This document shows positions 29,401 to 44,817 of a DNA stretch of 64,000 nt, in pieces. The position numbers were made by a program, and so were the translations under genes. Origin of the DNA: Eledone cirrhosa (lineage: Eukaryota). Where the stretch lies: NCBI GenBank assembly GCA_964016885.1, contig OZ024741.1, forward strand, positions 54,374,001-54,438,000. Direction: 5' to 3'. Under the pieces are notes generated by a model. The model did not search any database. It was not told where the DNA came from and worked only from the letters and a program-made list of their open reading frames with translations. Within the stretch, counting starts at the first letter, position 1. Each line of letters begins with the position of its first letter.

Positions 29401-32400
29401 AATACAATGTCATAACAGTGCACCAATCTATTCTGGTACATTACTACAAATACAATGTCATAGCAGTGCACCAATCTATTCTAGTATATCACTACAAATA
29501 CATTGTCATAACAGTTCACCAATCTATTCTGGTACATCACTACAAATACAATGTCATAGCAGTCCACCAATATATTCTAGTACATCACTACACATACATT
29601 GTCATAACAGTCCACCAATCTATTCTAGTACATCACTACAAATACATTGTCATAACAGTGCACCAATCTATTCTGGTACATCACTACAAATACAATGTCA
29701 TAGCAGTCCACCAATCTATTCTGGTACATCACTACAAATACAATGTCATAGCAGTCCACCAATCTATTCTGGTACATCACTACAAATACAATGTCATAAC
29801 AGTCCACCAATCTATTCTAGTACATCACTACAAATACATTGTCATAGCAGTGCACCAATCTATTCTGGTACATCACTACAAATACATTGCCATAGCAGTG
29901 CACCAATATATTCTAGTACATCACTACAAATACAATGTCATAACAGTGCACCAATCTATTCTAGTACATCACTACAAATGCATTGCCATAACAGTGCACC
30001 AATATATTCTAGTACATCACTACAAATACATTGTCATAACAGTGCACCAATATATTCTAGTACATCACTACAAATACAATGTCATAACAGTGCACCAATC
30101 TATTCTAGTACATCACTACAAATACAATGTCATAGCAGTGCACCAATCTATTCTAGTACATCACTACAAATACAATGTCATAACAGTGCACCAATCTATT
30201 CTAGTACATCACTACAAATACAATGTCATAACAGTGCACCAATCTATTCTGGTACATCACTACAAATACAATGTCATAGCAGTGCACCAATCTATTCTAG
30301 TATATCACTACAAATACATTGTCATAACAGTGCACCAATCTATTCTGGTACATCACTACAAATACAATGTCATAGCAGTCCACCAATATATTCTAGTACA
30401 TCACTACACATACATTGTCATAACAGTCCACCAATCTATTCTAGTACATCACTACAAATACATTGTCATAACAGTGCACCAATCTATTCTGGTACATCAC
30501 TACAAATACAATGTCATAGCAGTCCACCAATCTATTCTGGTACATCACTACAAATACAATGTCATAGCAGTCCACCAATCTATTCTGGTACATCACTACA
30601 AATACAATGTCATAACAGTCCACCAATCTATTCTAGTACATCACTACAAATACATTGTCATAGCAGTGCACCAATCTATTCTGGTACATCACTACAAATA
30701 CATTGCCATAGCAGTGCACCAATATATTCTAGTACATCACTACAAATACAATGTCATAACAGTGCACCAATCTATTCTAGTACATCACTACAAATACATT
30801 GCCATAGCAGTGCACCAATCTATTCTAGTACATCACTACAAATACATTGTCATAACAGTGCACCAATCTATTCTAGTACATCACTACAAATACATTGTCA
30901 TAACAGTGCACCAATATATTCTAGTACATCACTACAAATACATTGTCATAACAGTGCACCAATATATTCTAGTACATCACTACAAATACAATGTCATAAC
31001 AGTGCACCAATCTATTCTAGTACATCACTACAAATACAATGTCATAGCAGTGCACCAATCTATCCTAGTACATCACTACAAATACAATGTCATAACAGTG
31101 CACCAATCTATTCTAGTACATCACTACAAATACAATGTCATAACAGTGCACCAATCTATTCTGGTACATCACTACAAATACAATGTCATAGCAGTGCACC
31201 AATCTATTCTAGTATATCACTACAAATACATTGTCATAACAGTGCACCAATCTATTCTGGTACCTCACTAAAAATACAATGTCATAGCAGTCCACCAATT
31301 TATTCTAGTACATCACTACACATACATTGTCATAACAGTCCACCAATCTATTCTAGTACATCACTACAAATACATTGTCATAACAGTGCACCAATCTATT
31401 CTGGTACATCACTACAAATACAATGTCATAGCAGTCCACCAATCTATTCTGGTACATCACTACAAATACAATGTCATAGCAGTCCACCAATCTATTCTGG
31501 TACATCACTACAAATACAATGTCATAACAGTCCACCAATCTATTCTAGTACATCACTACAAATACATTGTTATAGCAGTGCACCAATCTATTCTGGTACA
31601 TCACTACAAATACATTGCCATAGCAGTGCACCAATATATTCTAGTACATCACTACAAATACAATGTCATAACAGTGCACCAATCTATTCTAGTACATCAC
31701 TACAAATACATTGCCATAACAGTGCACCAATATATTCTAGTACATCACTACAAATACATTGTCATAACAGTGCACCAATATATTCTAGTACATCCCTACA
31801 AATACAATGTCATAACAGTGCACCAATCTATTCTAGTACATCACTACAAATACAATGTCATAGCAGTGCACCAATCTATTCTAGTACATCACTACAAATA
31901 CAATGTCATAACAGTGCACCATTCTATTCTGGTACATCACTACAAATACAATGTCATAACAGTGCACCAATCTATTCTAGTACATCACTACAAATACATT
32001 GTCATAACAGTGCACCAATATATTCTAGTACATCACTACAAGTACAATGTCATAACAGTGCACCAATCTATTCTAGTACATCACTACAAATACAATGTCA
32101 TAACAGTGCACCAATCTATTCTGGTACATTACTACAAATACAATGTCATAGCAGTGCACCAATCTATTCTAGTATATCACTACAAATACATTGTCATAAC
32201 AGTGCACCAATCTATTCTGGTACATCACTACAAATACAATGTCATAGCAGTCCACCAATATATTCTAGTACATCACTACACATACATTGTCATAACAGTC
32301 CACCAATCTATTCTAGTACATCACTACAAATACATTGTCATAACAGTGCACCAATCTATTCTGGTACATCACTACAAATACAATGTCATAGCAGTCCACC

Positions 32401-35400
32401 AATCTATTCTGGTACATCACTACAAATACAATGTCATAGCAGTCCACCAATCTATTCTGGTACATCACTACAAATACAATGTCATAACAGTCCACCAATC
32501 TATTCTAGTACATCACTACAAATACATTGTCATAGCAGTGCACCAATCTATTCTGGTACATCACTACAAATACATTGCCATAGCAGTGCACCAATATATT
32601 CTAGTACATCACTACAAATACAATGTCATAACAGTGCACCAATCTATTCTAGTACATCACTACAAATACATTGCCATAACAGTGCACCAATATATTCTAG
32701 TACATCACTACAAATACATTGTCATAACAGTGCACCAATATATTCTAGTACATCACTACAAATACAATGTCATAACAGTGCACCAATCTATTCTAGTACA
32801 TCACTACAAATACAATGTCATAGCAGTGCACCAATCTATTCTAGTACATCACTACAAATACAATGTCATAACAGTGCACCAATCTATTCTAGTACATCAC
32901 TACAAATACAATGTCATAACAGTGCACCAATCTATTCTGGTACATCACTACAAATACAATGTCATAGCAGTGCACCAATCTATTCTAGTATATCACTACA
33001 AATACATTGTCATAACAGTGCACCAATCTATTCTGGTACATCACTACAAATACAATGTCATAGCAGTCCACCAATATATTCTAGTACATCACTACACATA
33101 CATTGTCATAACAGTCCACCAATCTATTCTAGTGCATCACTACAAATACATTGTCATAACAGTGCACCAATCTATTCTGGTACATCACTACAAATACAAT
33201 GTCATAGCAGTCCACCAATCTATTCTGGTACATCACTACAAATACAATGTCATAGCAGTCCACCAATCTATTCTGGTACATCACTACAAATACAATGTCA
33301 TAACAGTCCACCAATCTATTCTAGTACATCACTACAAATACATTGTCATAGCAGTGCACCAATCTATTCTGGTACATCACTACAAATACATTGCCATAGC
33401 AGTGCACCAATATATTCTAGTACATCACTACAAATACAATGTCATAACAGTGCACCAATCTATTCTAGTACATCACTACAAATACATTGCCATAGCAGTG
33501 CACCAATCTATTCTAGTACATCACTACAAATACATTGTCATAACAGTGCACCAATCTATTCTAGTACATCACTACAAATACATTGTCATAACAGTGCACC
33601 AATATATTCTAGTACATCACTACAAATACATTGTCATAACAGTGCACCAATATATTCTAGTACATCACTACAAATACAATGTCATAACAGTGCACCAATC
33701 TATTCTAGTACATCACTACAAATACAATGTCATAGCAGTGCACCAATCTATCCTAGTACATCACTACAAATACAATGTCATAACAGTGCACCAATCTATT
33801 CTAGTACATCACTACACATACATTGTCATAACAGTCCACCAATCTATTCTAGTACATCACTACAAATACATTGTCATAACAGTGCACCAATCTATTCTGG
33901 TACATCACTACAAATACAATGTCATAGCAGTCCACCAATCTATTCTGGTACATCACTACAAATACAATGTCATAGCAGTCCACCAATCTATTCTGGTACA
34001 TCACTACAAATACAATGTCATAACAGTCCACCAATCTATTCTAGTACATCACTACAAATACATTGTCATAGCAGTGCACCAATCTATTCTGGTACATCAC
34101 TACAAATACATTGCCATAGCAGTGCACCAATATATTCTAGTACATCACTACAAATACAATGTCATAACAGTGCACCAATCTATTCTAGTACATCACTACA
34201 AATACATTGCCATAACAGTGCACCAATATATTCTAGTACATCACTACAAATACATTGTCATAACAGTGCACCAATATATTCTAGTACATCACTACAAATA
34301 CAATGTCATAACAGTGCACCAATCTATTCTAGTACATCACTACAAATACAATGTCATAGCAGTGCACCAATCTATTCTAGTACATCACTACAAATACAAT
34401 GTCATAACAGTGCACCAATCTATTCTAGTACATCACTACAAATACAATGTCATAACAGTGCACCAATCTATTCTGGTACATCACTACAAATACAATGTCA
34501 TAGCAGTGCACCAATCTATTCTAGTATATCACTACAAATACATTGTCATAACAGTGCACCAATCTATTCTGGTACATCACTACAAATACAATGTCATAGC
34601 AGTCCACCAATATATTCTAGTACATCACTACACATACATTGTCATAACAGTCCACCAATCTATTCTAGTACATCACTACAAATACATTGTCATAACAGTG
34701 CACCAATCTATTCTGGTACATCACTACAAATACAATGTCATAGCAGTCCACCAATCTATTCTGGTACATCACTACAAATACAATGTCATAGCAGTCCACC
34801 AATCTATTCTGGTACATCACTACAAATACAATGTCATAACAGTCCACCAATCTATTCTAGTACATCACTACAAATACATTGTTATAGCAGTGCACCAATC
34901 TATTCTGGTACATCACTACAAATACATTGCCATAGCAGTGCACCAATATATTCTAGTACATCACTACAAATACAATGTCATAACAGTGCACCAATCTATT
35001 CTAGTACATCACTACAAATACATTGCCATAACAGTGCACCAATATATTCTAGTACATCACTACAAATACATTGTCATAACAGTGCACCAATATATTCTAG
35101 TACATCACTACAAATACAATGTCATAACAGTGCACCAATCTATTCTAGTACATCACTACAAATACAATGTCATAGCAGTGCACCAATCTATTCTAGTACA
35201 TCACTACAAATACAATGTCATAACAGTGCACCAATCTATTCTAGTACATCACTACAAATACAATGTCATAACAGTGCACCAATCTATTCTGGTACATCAC
35301 TACAAATACAATGTCATAGCAGTGCACCAATCTATTCTAGTATATCACTACAAATACATTGTCATAACAGTGCACCAATCTATTCTGGTACATCACTACA

Positions 35401-36568
35401 AATACAATGTCATAGCAGTCCACCAATATATTCTAGTACATCACTACACATACATTGTCATAACAGTCCACCAATCTATTCTAGTACATCACTACAAATA
35501 CATTTTCATAACAGTGCACCAATCTATTCTGGTACATCACTACAAATACAATGTCATAGCAGTCCACCAATCTATTCTGGTACATCACTACAAATACAAT
35601 GTCATAGCAGTCCACCAATCTATTCTGGTACATCACTACAAATACAATGTCATAACAGTCCACCAATCTATTCTAGTACATCACTACAAATACATTGTCA
35701 TAGCAGTGCACCAATCTATTCTGGTACATCACTACAAATACATTGCCATAGCAGTGCACCAATATATTCTAGTACATCACTACAAATACAATGTCATAAC
35801 AGTGCACCAATCTATTCTAGTACATCACTACAAATACATTGCCATAGCAGTGCACCAATCTATTCTAGTACATCACTACAAATACATTGTCATAACAGTG
35901 CACCAATCTATTCTAGTACATCACTACAACTACATTGCCATAACAGTGCACCAATATATTCTAGTACATCACTACAAATACATTGTCATAACAGTGCACC
36001 AATCTATTCTACTACATCACTACAAATACAATGTCATAACAGTGCACCAATCTATTCTACTACATCACTACAAATACATTGTCATAACAGTGCACCAATC
36101 TATTCTACTACATCACTACAAATACAATGTCATAACAGTGCACCAATCTATTCTGGTACATCACTACAAATACATTGTCATAACAGTGCACCAATCTATT
36201 CTAGTACATCACTACAAATACATTGCCATAGCAGTGCACCAATCTATTCTAGTACATCACTACAAATACATTGCCATAGCAGTGCACCAATCTATTCTAG
36301 TACATCACTACAAATACATTGCCATAACAGTGCACCAATCTATTCTAGTACATCACTACAAATACATTGCCATAGCAGTGCACCAATCTATTCTAGTACA
36401 TCACTACAAATACAATGTCATAACAGTGCACCAATATATTCTAGTACATCACTACAAATACATTGCCATAGCAGTGCACCAATCTATTCCAGTACATCAC
36501 AGAAAATACATTATCATAACAGAGCACCTAATTAGTTCAGTACACCAGTAGAAATACATTGTCATAGT
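23500..36568. repeat. 48-bp minisatellite, ~270 units, with higher-order repeats
   Basis: Consensus catcactacaaataca[a/t]tg[t/c]cata[a/g]cagt[g/c]caccaat[c/a]tattct[a/g]gta; degenerate units at the left edge. Confidence 0.98.
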
Positions 36569-37392
36569 CAGTGGCAGACTGGCCAGGTTGCCCAATGGCA
36601 AGTAGGCCCCAGGGATCCCACGGTAGCATTGCAAGAGACCACGGTAGCATTGCAGGGCCCACTGCAGTATTTTAGGGGCCAATGATTTGCTTTCATAAAT
36701 ACCTGAATTCTAAGAGAAAGAATACATTTTTTTTAAAAATAAATAAAACAATTAAGCAAAGCATTTAGTCAACCAATTCCCCAATTAAAATATAGTCTAG
36801 ATATATATGTAACAAAACTAGGATGTAGTTTATGGAACACCCAAATTATTAGAAGTCGACCTTAAGTAGAAGCAATAACATTAAGAAAGACATGAACGAC
36901 ACTACAACACTTTGTTTTGAAAATTTTGAAAGTAGGTTTATAAGTATGAATTTTCATGTCTCTGTAGCTTAGCGGTAAGTACTATAGACGGTGGATATCC
37001 TGGTCGTGGGTTCAATCCTAGTCAAGAGGTACATGTAACCTTTTTCACTTTCTATTTTACAACCGATAGAAAAAAACTGAAAAGGTTTACTGGGAACCAT
37101 ACTCCCGACCAAGATCGAACTTCAGACCAGGATCACGACCGTCTATGATTCCTCCAATTAGGCCTCAGAGACAGTTACAAAAGTACAATGAAAATTGATA
37201 ATTATAAACCTACTTTCAAAATCAAAGGTAAGATATTTTTCCGCAAAGATTTGATTGCACGGTTTCGTTTCCACCTATCTATTTTTCGAAAATATTATTT
37301 ATTCATTATAAAAATTAAATGATAACATTTTATATGTAGGGGGGCCCCTTCATCTCCTGGCAACCAATATTTTTAGAACCAGTCCGCCACTG
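36569..37392. mobile_element. Non-autonomous hAT-type DNA transposon (MITE), 824 bp
   Basis: TIRs cagtggcagactgg / ccagtccgccactg (13 of 14 match); 8-bp TSD gtcatagt (36561-36568) / gtcatagc (37393-37400). Confidence 0.88.
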
Positions 37393-37675
37393 GTCATAGC
37401 AGAGAACCACATTAGTTCAGTACACAACTACAAATACATTGTCATAGCAGAGCACCTAATTAGTTCAGTACACCACTAAAAATACATTGTTATAGCAGAG
37501 CACCAATCTATTCCAGTAAACCACTAGAAATACATTTGCATAGCAGCGCACCAAATCTGTTCAGTAAACCACAAGAAATACATTGTCATAGCAGAGCACC
37601 AAATTAGCTCAGTACACCACTAGAAATACATTGTCATAGCAGGGCACCTAGTTATTTCACTACATAACTACAAAT
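37393..37675. repeat. Diverged continuation of the 48-bp minisatellite
   Basis: About 6 units of gtcatagcagagcacc.aattagttcagtacaccacta.aaatacatt. Confidence 0.85.
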
Positions 37676-38472
37676 AGACTGACTTAACTACTCGTTTAAC
37701 AGTCCCATAAACCACTACGAATATATCCAAATGCACCGCTTGCAAACATTATAAAAATCTACTCCAACTTCATTGGTGGTAGCCACTAACGAAACATTTC
37801 CTGAGACCACTAATAAAAATATACCACTCCAACTACATTGACGTAATCAACAAAAGACTCCACGACAATACAAGTAAAATATAAACCGATAAAACTATAT
37901 TCGCATTCCACGACACCGATAGTAAATAAAATATACTACTCCGACTATATTGGCGTAATGCATTAACAAAAGAGTCGACGAGACCACTAGTGAAAAGAAT
38001 TACCTTTTCAGCAATATTGACCTAACCCATTCACTAAATACTTCAATAATATGCAAAAATAAAAATAAAAATTGTTTGAAAATGAAAAATGCCTAAGACA
38101 ACTGTATGAAGAAATAAATGTGATAACAAAGGTATTGAGAACTAATCCGAGATCACTTAGCAAACGACATAACAACTATACAGATATGCAATAACAAATC
38201 CATAATACAGTTTCTACTAGACGACATATGTTGCTGAGATAAGCAAAGAGTGTGATATTAGTTGGATACCTTAGCATGATAACCAATAACCTGTTTGCTG
38301 TAAATATATTCCGAATAAGTCTTTCTTACACTTGATATCGATTTCGGATATCACACTTTTATTCGATTTTGTTGATAGTAGTATTCTTGTTATCAACGTT
38401 TGCTGTGTTGTTTATGTTACTGTTGCAGTTCTACTTTACGTTCTTTTGTCTCTGGTCTGGTGCCTCAGGCAC

Positions 38473-38554
<82 letters not shown>

Positions 38555-38566
38555 CATATGAACAGG

Positions 38567-38605
<39 letters not shown>

Positions 38606-38741
38606 ATGCATATATAATTTATATATATAAATATGTTATACATATAAACAGGGATACATATATAAATATATATATATATATGTATGTATGTATATATTTA
38701 TATATATATATATGTATATAAATATATATATGTATATATAC

Positions 38742-38781
<40 letters not shown>

Positions 38782-41129
38782 GTATATGTATGAAGATATG
38801 CTTATATACTTATATATACATACACATATAATAGGTATTGTTATCAACAATATTTAATGTTTTTGTTGAAACGATATTGTTTTGAATCTGTAGTTCCCCA
38901 TATTTCAACACTTGTCCTACTCTCTATATTGCTATTGTACTCTATATATTACAATTCTCCCAGTTTTTATATTAACGATCTCGTTGTTCGCCGTGTAAAT
39001 TCAGGTTTTCAGAAAATGCCGCTTACAAGATATTTTCTTGTAAGTTTTCTTCATGATAAAATGCTCTTTTTTCAAAAGATCTTCGGGGTATCTGAACGTC
39101 TATACTACCACATTAGGGTGAAAATATTTGCCCTTAACTAATTTGTGTGTGTGTGTGTGTGTGTGTGTCTGTCTGTCTGTGTGTGTGTGTGTCTGTCTGT
39201 GTGTCTGTGTGTATGTGTGTGTGTGTGCAAATCTTTTTTTTATTGCAAACATCCATCATTTCATTTTGCTTACTAGTGATTCAATGTGGTCACCACTTAT
39301 TTAATTGTAAAAGAGAATAAGCACCCAAATGTTTGAAAACCCGAAAACAGTTTTCAAAATAAACGATAAAGTAATGATGTTATTGCAATTAAACAGGCAC
39401 ACTTTATAAACACTGTTTGTTGCAATATGACAACACGAAAGAAAACATTTTTTAGAAAACTCAAACATCAATAAGAAAAGCATTAGGCACTAGCAACAAA
39501 ATCAGCTAGTCTTTCTATTCTAGCGATGCAAGTCAAAAAGTAACTATGGCCAACAGTTCACTCCAGTAACATGAAATGGCGTGAAAGCGGTGTGATCGAG
39601 TAATTTATCTAAGAAAAGAGTGAGAAGGTAGGTTTTTTTATGCTCTCAAAAGAAGATATGGGCGGATATTGGTACAGACGTTGACTACTGGCTTCGTATC
39701 AAGTTTGAACATATAAATTGAGTCCAAAGATAACAGGCAGTCAGGTGAAATTGGCTGGAGGTCTATCGACTTATAGATAGTTTGTGATGAAGCACGATGA
39801 CCACAGGGCTATCTTGAATTTATAGGACTTTGAGAAGGGGGAAAGAAAGTAAATTAGAATAATGCTGCAGGAAAACGTCTAGTTACTAGACATATGTCAC
39901 AAACCCAAATACCAATTGAAGGCATTCTGTCGAGCAGTAAAGGAAAAGCAAATAAAAAAAGATGACAGGTAGGAACAGAAGTGGTGGAAAGAACAGACTC
40001 TTGAAGGAAATACCACGACGGCTTACTGTTACAACCTCTATTTCCAGAGCATCACGTGTCACTCCTTCTATGATTGCCAAAGCAGGAGTAAGGAAAAGAT
40101 TGGAATGGCTTTACTAAAAAGAAAAAAGAATGAGACCAGAATAAAGATACTCAAATTCCTGCTGTTCTTCTACCAGTTGTTACATAATATGATGGAATGA
40201 GTTCATCTACTTCAAAATTGTCGGACTTAACAATGACAGACTAAAGGAACTACAAAACAACCTAAACGAAAAATGTACTGTGTTGAGTAAGGGGAAGATA
40301 GGGGTCGAAAACAACGAAAGTAAATGTATTTGACTACACACAGTTTAAACCGGTAGTATCCTGCCAGAATTCTCTCACTTCTTTCTGTTCAAACCCGCCA
40401 TAACCGGCTGCTCATACTAATGTTAAGGTATTGTTCTCAACATAATTAATATGAAAATCTCATAGATTCGATAATATGTGAGATAATTATGAGGGAAAGC
40501 CTTTACCATGAAAATATTATATTAAATATAGAATAGTGTAAATGTTAAAGGTTTAATCTAGATCTTAGGGATTACTTCCTACTCGAAGACGTTGAATTCT
40601 TTCCGATTCACCGCTAATAGTCGAGATACACTTATAGCAATTTCGGAAGTTCCAGTTTGCAGATTGCAATCGGAGTGAAACTTTGTTGGAGTCGCAGGAT
40701 GCGTTGATGCTAAGAATGTATATGAGGGGAGGGGGGCTTTCTTGTTTGTGTAGTAGATATATACTCTGCATTAATATATTGCATTGCGTTTTTGCCGTAA
40801 CTTCTACTTTTGATGTATGAACATAACTATACGAATTATAACCCCTTTTGTATGAAGGCTGTTTATACTATATGTATGGGCATTGCTGATATAATAAATG
40901 AAAGAGTGGTTGTTTCTTTGAAGCCACTACAATACTGGTGCCGTTGTTGCTGCGAATGTAGATATGTTGTTCAAGCTATTGCCGCTGTTATTCTTGTTGT
41001 CGTTGTAATTATTGCTTTTGTTGTTGCCATTGTTAGTGTTTTTTTTTGTGTTCTTTGTCTTTGCCGATGTTGCTGCTGCTTCTGCAGTTGTTGTTGTTGT
41101 TGTTGTTGGCGACGGTCGCCTTGTTGTCT

Positions 41130-41735
41130 GTAATCGTGGTGCCGATGTATTTTTAGCCAGGTCTTCCTGGCCAGTTCGCCGCATTGAATGAACTGCAGTG
41201 GTGGGCCAAGCGAAGACCAAGGCTGTGTGTCTGGCATCTAGAATGTGGACAGGGCCACACAGCCCTCTAGACTTTGGGCAATGCGGTCAGTGGAAATTCC
41301 ACACTCTAGCGTTCAATAGTGGACTAGTGGTGGGCAATTATGACGATGTTCTGGGAGAAATCGTGGACGTCGACTGAATCGAACTGATCAGTCACTTTCA
41401 GAGAACATTAAAGGCATTGAAGTGCGGTCAGACGGATCGGTCTGAGATGCGCGCAGAGCAACGAAACCGTTCTGCATGCATTCGTTTAGTGTCCGTGCAT
41501 TACTGACACTTGTGGTGTTTTGTCGAACAGAAATTATCGCATCTAGGACGGATCCGGATATCGTTCGCGTCCATCATTAAAACCGGCACGCCGCCTTTTT
41601 TTATCAGGAAGTGGGGGCATCTTTTTCTCTGCCTGGTGGCTACAGCGATAGAAGATCTGTGGTGGACGCGGCTGAAATGATTGAAGACAGACACTTTCCT
41701 CTCGGCTAATCCCTCATCAACTTTTTCAAGTTTTA
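41130..41735 (+). pseudogene. Old 3' fragment of a Tx1/L1-like LINE related to the element at 42645-48475
   Basis: gaactgcagtggtgggccaagc ~ gagctgcagtcctgggtcaagc; gaaaccgttctgcatgcattcgtttagtgtccg ~ ETVAHALVQCP; tggtggacgcggctgaaa = WWTRLK. Confidence 0.75.
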
Positions 41736-41736
41736 A

Positions 41737-42125
41737 GGGCGGTGGATTAGCAGTATCAGTAGAGTGTCAGACATCATGCTTTGTGACATATAGTTACAGC
41801 TCTTTGCGTTCTGAGTTTAAATCTTGTCGAGGTGAATTTTGCCTTTCATCCTTAGGGGGTCGGTAAAACAAGGTTCTAGTAACGCACTGGGGTCTATTTA
41901 ATCGAAGTTCCCCTTCCCCCAAATTGCTGGCCTTTTGCTTATGTGAGTTCGCAGTATCGGTAGAGGGTCGTATGACATGCTTTGACGCATAGAGTTACGG
42001 CGCTTGCTATACTGAGTTCAAATCCCGCGGAGGTTAAATTTGCTTTCATCCTTACGGGGTCGATGAAATAAAATACCAGTAATGCACTGGGTATCTGCTT
42101 GTGCCAAAAGTAGAAACAATTATTA
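41737..42125 (+). mobile_element. Two adjacent SINE copies (Meta-domain-like)
   Basis: gggcggtggattagcagtatcagtagag...gcctttcatcct; second copy gcagtatcggtagagggtc...gtagaaacaattatta. Confidence 0.8.
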
Positions 42126-42316
42126 TTAGTAGTAGATGCTGTTGTTGTTATTGTTGTTAATGTTGTCGCTGTGGTAGTAACATTACCTTCTTAGATCAAG
42201 ATAACGACCGAACCGTTTCCTTTGCCTTGTTATTTTGTTATGCTTCAAGCCAAGTCTCTTCTTTGTGAGGAAGCGATTATAATCTGCCTCCGTGTGTGTG
42301 CTATATATACATATAT

Positions 42317-42436
<120 letters not shown>

Positions 42437-42504
42437 GTACATATATACATATATATATATGTGTATATATATATGCACATACATACACACACACGGACAC
42501 CCCT

Positions 42505-42537
<33 letters not shown>

Positions 42538-43051
42538 AGATACGCTTTTTTTTATTTATTTACTCATTTTATATACACAAGTCCAACACCCTCACCACTA
42601 GACCACACGTACCTGTATATCTATCTATCTATCTATCCATATATAAAAAATCTAGCTGTCGTCTGTTCTACAGCGTAGATGTAATTCACTTCGCGCAGAA
42701 GTTTTGTTCAAATTTATTGCGGAAATTTTGTAAGTTCAATTTTAATTTTGATACTATTGTGTAGCTTGACCCCCCGTCTGAACTGTCAGGCGGTGGGTCA
42801 GCTCATCTTTACCCCTCCTAGGGGTGAAAAACCTGTTTTTAAAAATGTTGTGGCATAAAAAATTTCAATCGTCTGACAGAAATGTTAAACGAAGCTAACG
42901 AAAATAGTGGTGGGGGACAGCGGTAAGAGTTGTAAGCTCGCACGCTTTAGTCTCCCCTTCCTTCCCAACTAACGTCATAGAGAAGGAAGGAAAAAATAAA
43001 ATAAAAACAGACGAATCTGCGGAGAAAAATGACGAAAACACAAATCTGGAC

Positions 43052-44784
43052 ATGGATTCCAACAACGAAAAAAAAAAATTTGAAAAATTGCATGACAATA
43101 TTAATACCACAAACAAAGACACAACAAACACAAAAATAACATTTGAAAACAACATCATAACAGAAAGCAAAGCAGACGACAAAGTCAACACCAATAAGAT
43201 TTCATTTGCACAAACAACAAAGAAATCTTTGACATATATACCTGAAAATATTTCAGATGTGGCACAAAGAATTGCAGACGCCAAACAATATATAACTGAA
43301 GGAGAGAATGGTATTTTATCGGTAAAAATGCCTCAAGAACTCGCCAAAGACATTGAAAGTCGAACGGTCGTTTTCCGCACCATCAACAACACTTCAAAAA
43401 AACCTGAACAGCCAACTCAAACAGAAATCAAAACAGTACTCACAGAAGTACTTAATGAAACCACTTTCATAAGAAAAGACAGACTGTATGGAAGCCTAGC
43501 GATTATTATGAAGAACGAATCGGCGGCAAAAAAATGTGCTTTGTCACCGATTCGTTCGAAAAATGTTACCTTTTATCCATCTTATATGGGTAAAAGAACT
43601 CAACGCATATGGCTGGATGCAATGATGTCAGATGTGGACTACTGCTGGCTCATAGCTGGCTTCATCGATCCAGCGAATGACAACGTGATTTCCATTGGGA
43701 AAACCACAGGCAATGCGTTCAGTGGAACAGGTATAGATCTTGTAGTGCAAATGAAGCCTGAACGCATCGCCCAAATACCCGACAGAATCCTATTAGAGGA
43801 CCACGGGTATATAAACATTAGCGTGGAGGGGAGAAGACCGTCCTGTCATATCTGTGCAGGCAGAGGGCACCTGAAGGCGGCTTGTCCCCAACTCAACAAA
43901 AAGAAAACCCTGCTACCAACACCAACTCCACCACCACAACAGATAAACAAACAAAAAACTCAGTCCCACCCAACCCGTCCCTCAGTAAAACTACACCACC
44001 ACCACAACACAAACAGTCACAACACATTACCCCAAAACAAAATACAGGCCCACCCAACCCCTCACTCAATAAAACAACACAACCACCGCAGCCACAACAC
44101 ACAACACAGTCTAACATAGTGACATCCATCTCCCCCACAAAGAAAACCAACACGGAAACATTACCAGCAAACATACCTCTTCCCTCCAACACTGAAGATA
44201 ACCCAACGAATTCGGAGGAAGAAACGGAGTCCTTCAGACAGATTAAAAGGAAAAAAAGAAAACATGTGCAAAACACACAAGGCCAAACAACCCCCACCCA
44301 AATGTCAACACAATCCAACAAAACACAAAACACCCCTCCAGCAACAAACAAAACCAAACCTGCCCCTCCCCTCTTCGAAACACTCACACCATCGGAAAAA
44401 AAGACATTACACTATACTTACATCAACAGAAACAATAATAAATTAAATGAACTCATAAACAATAATCCTTCGGTACAAACCGAAGGTGTAAACTTTGTTT
44501 CTTCAGAAAACTACCCACATTTAAAATTAATAAAGATCCCAATGAACCTCTACCCAAAACTAAAAAAGGATTTTAAGGAGGACGTAGGACCACCCTCTGT
44601 CAAACCCATAAACCGCGTCCTACTAAAAAGCTTTCCCCCTCCCCTTCCCCTCCCCAACACAACTCCAAACACCCCAACCCCACCACACACTGACGACCCC
44701 ACACCACCACAAGACACCCCTTCACCCAACACCCCCGACCCCATGGAAGTCGTGCGACCCGAACCCCGGGAAGCAGAAAGGTAG
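43052..44784 (+). pseudogene. LINE ORF1 (gag-like; CCHC zinc knuckle, Pro/Thr-rich tail), one frameshift
   Basis: CHICAGRGHLKAAC (Cx2Cx4Hx4C); frames 43052-44119 and 43882-44784 overlap. Confidence 0.85.
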
Positions 44785-44817
44785 GTCTCTACACTCTCCT
44801 TTGGCTCTGCCGCCCAC

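Noticed and set aside
23676-36551. Giant ORFs (405-2185 aa; HQSILVHHYKYNVITV or SAPIYSSTSLQIQCHN repeats)
   Set aside because: Consequence of a 48-bp unit that lacks stops in two frames. Sporadic stops occur in both frames, there is no unique N- or C-terminus, and the variable sites show no synonymous bias.
23500-36568. CRISPR-like array
   Set aside because: No unique spacers, no cas genes, eukaryotic context; it is a contiguous minisatellite.
36958-37028. Functional tRNA gene (also the SINE heads)
   Set aside because: A and B boxes are present but the cloverleaf is incomplete and the sequence is embedded in repeats.
39500-40330. Possible very old RTE-like RT relic
   Set aside because: Only faint motif resemblance; no continuous translatable signal without a profile search.
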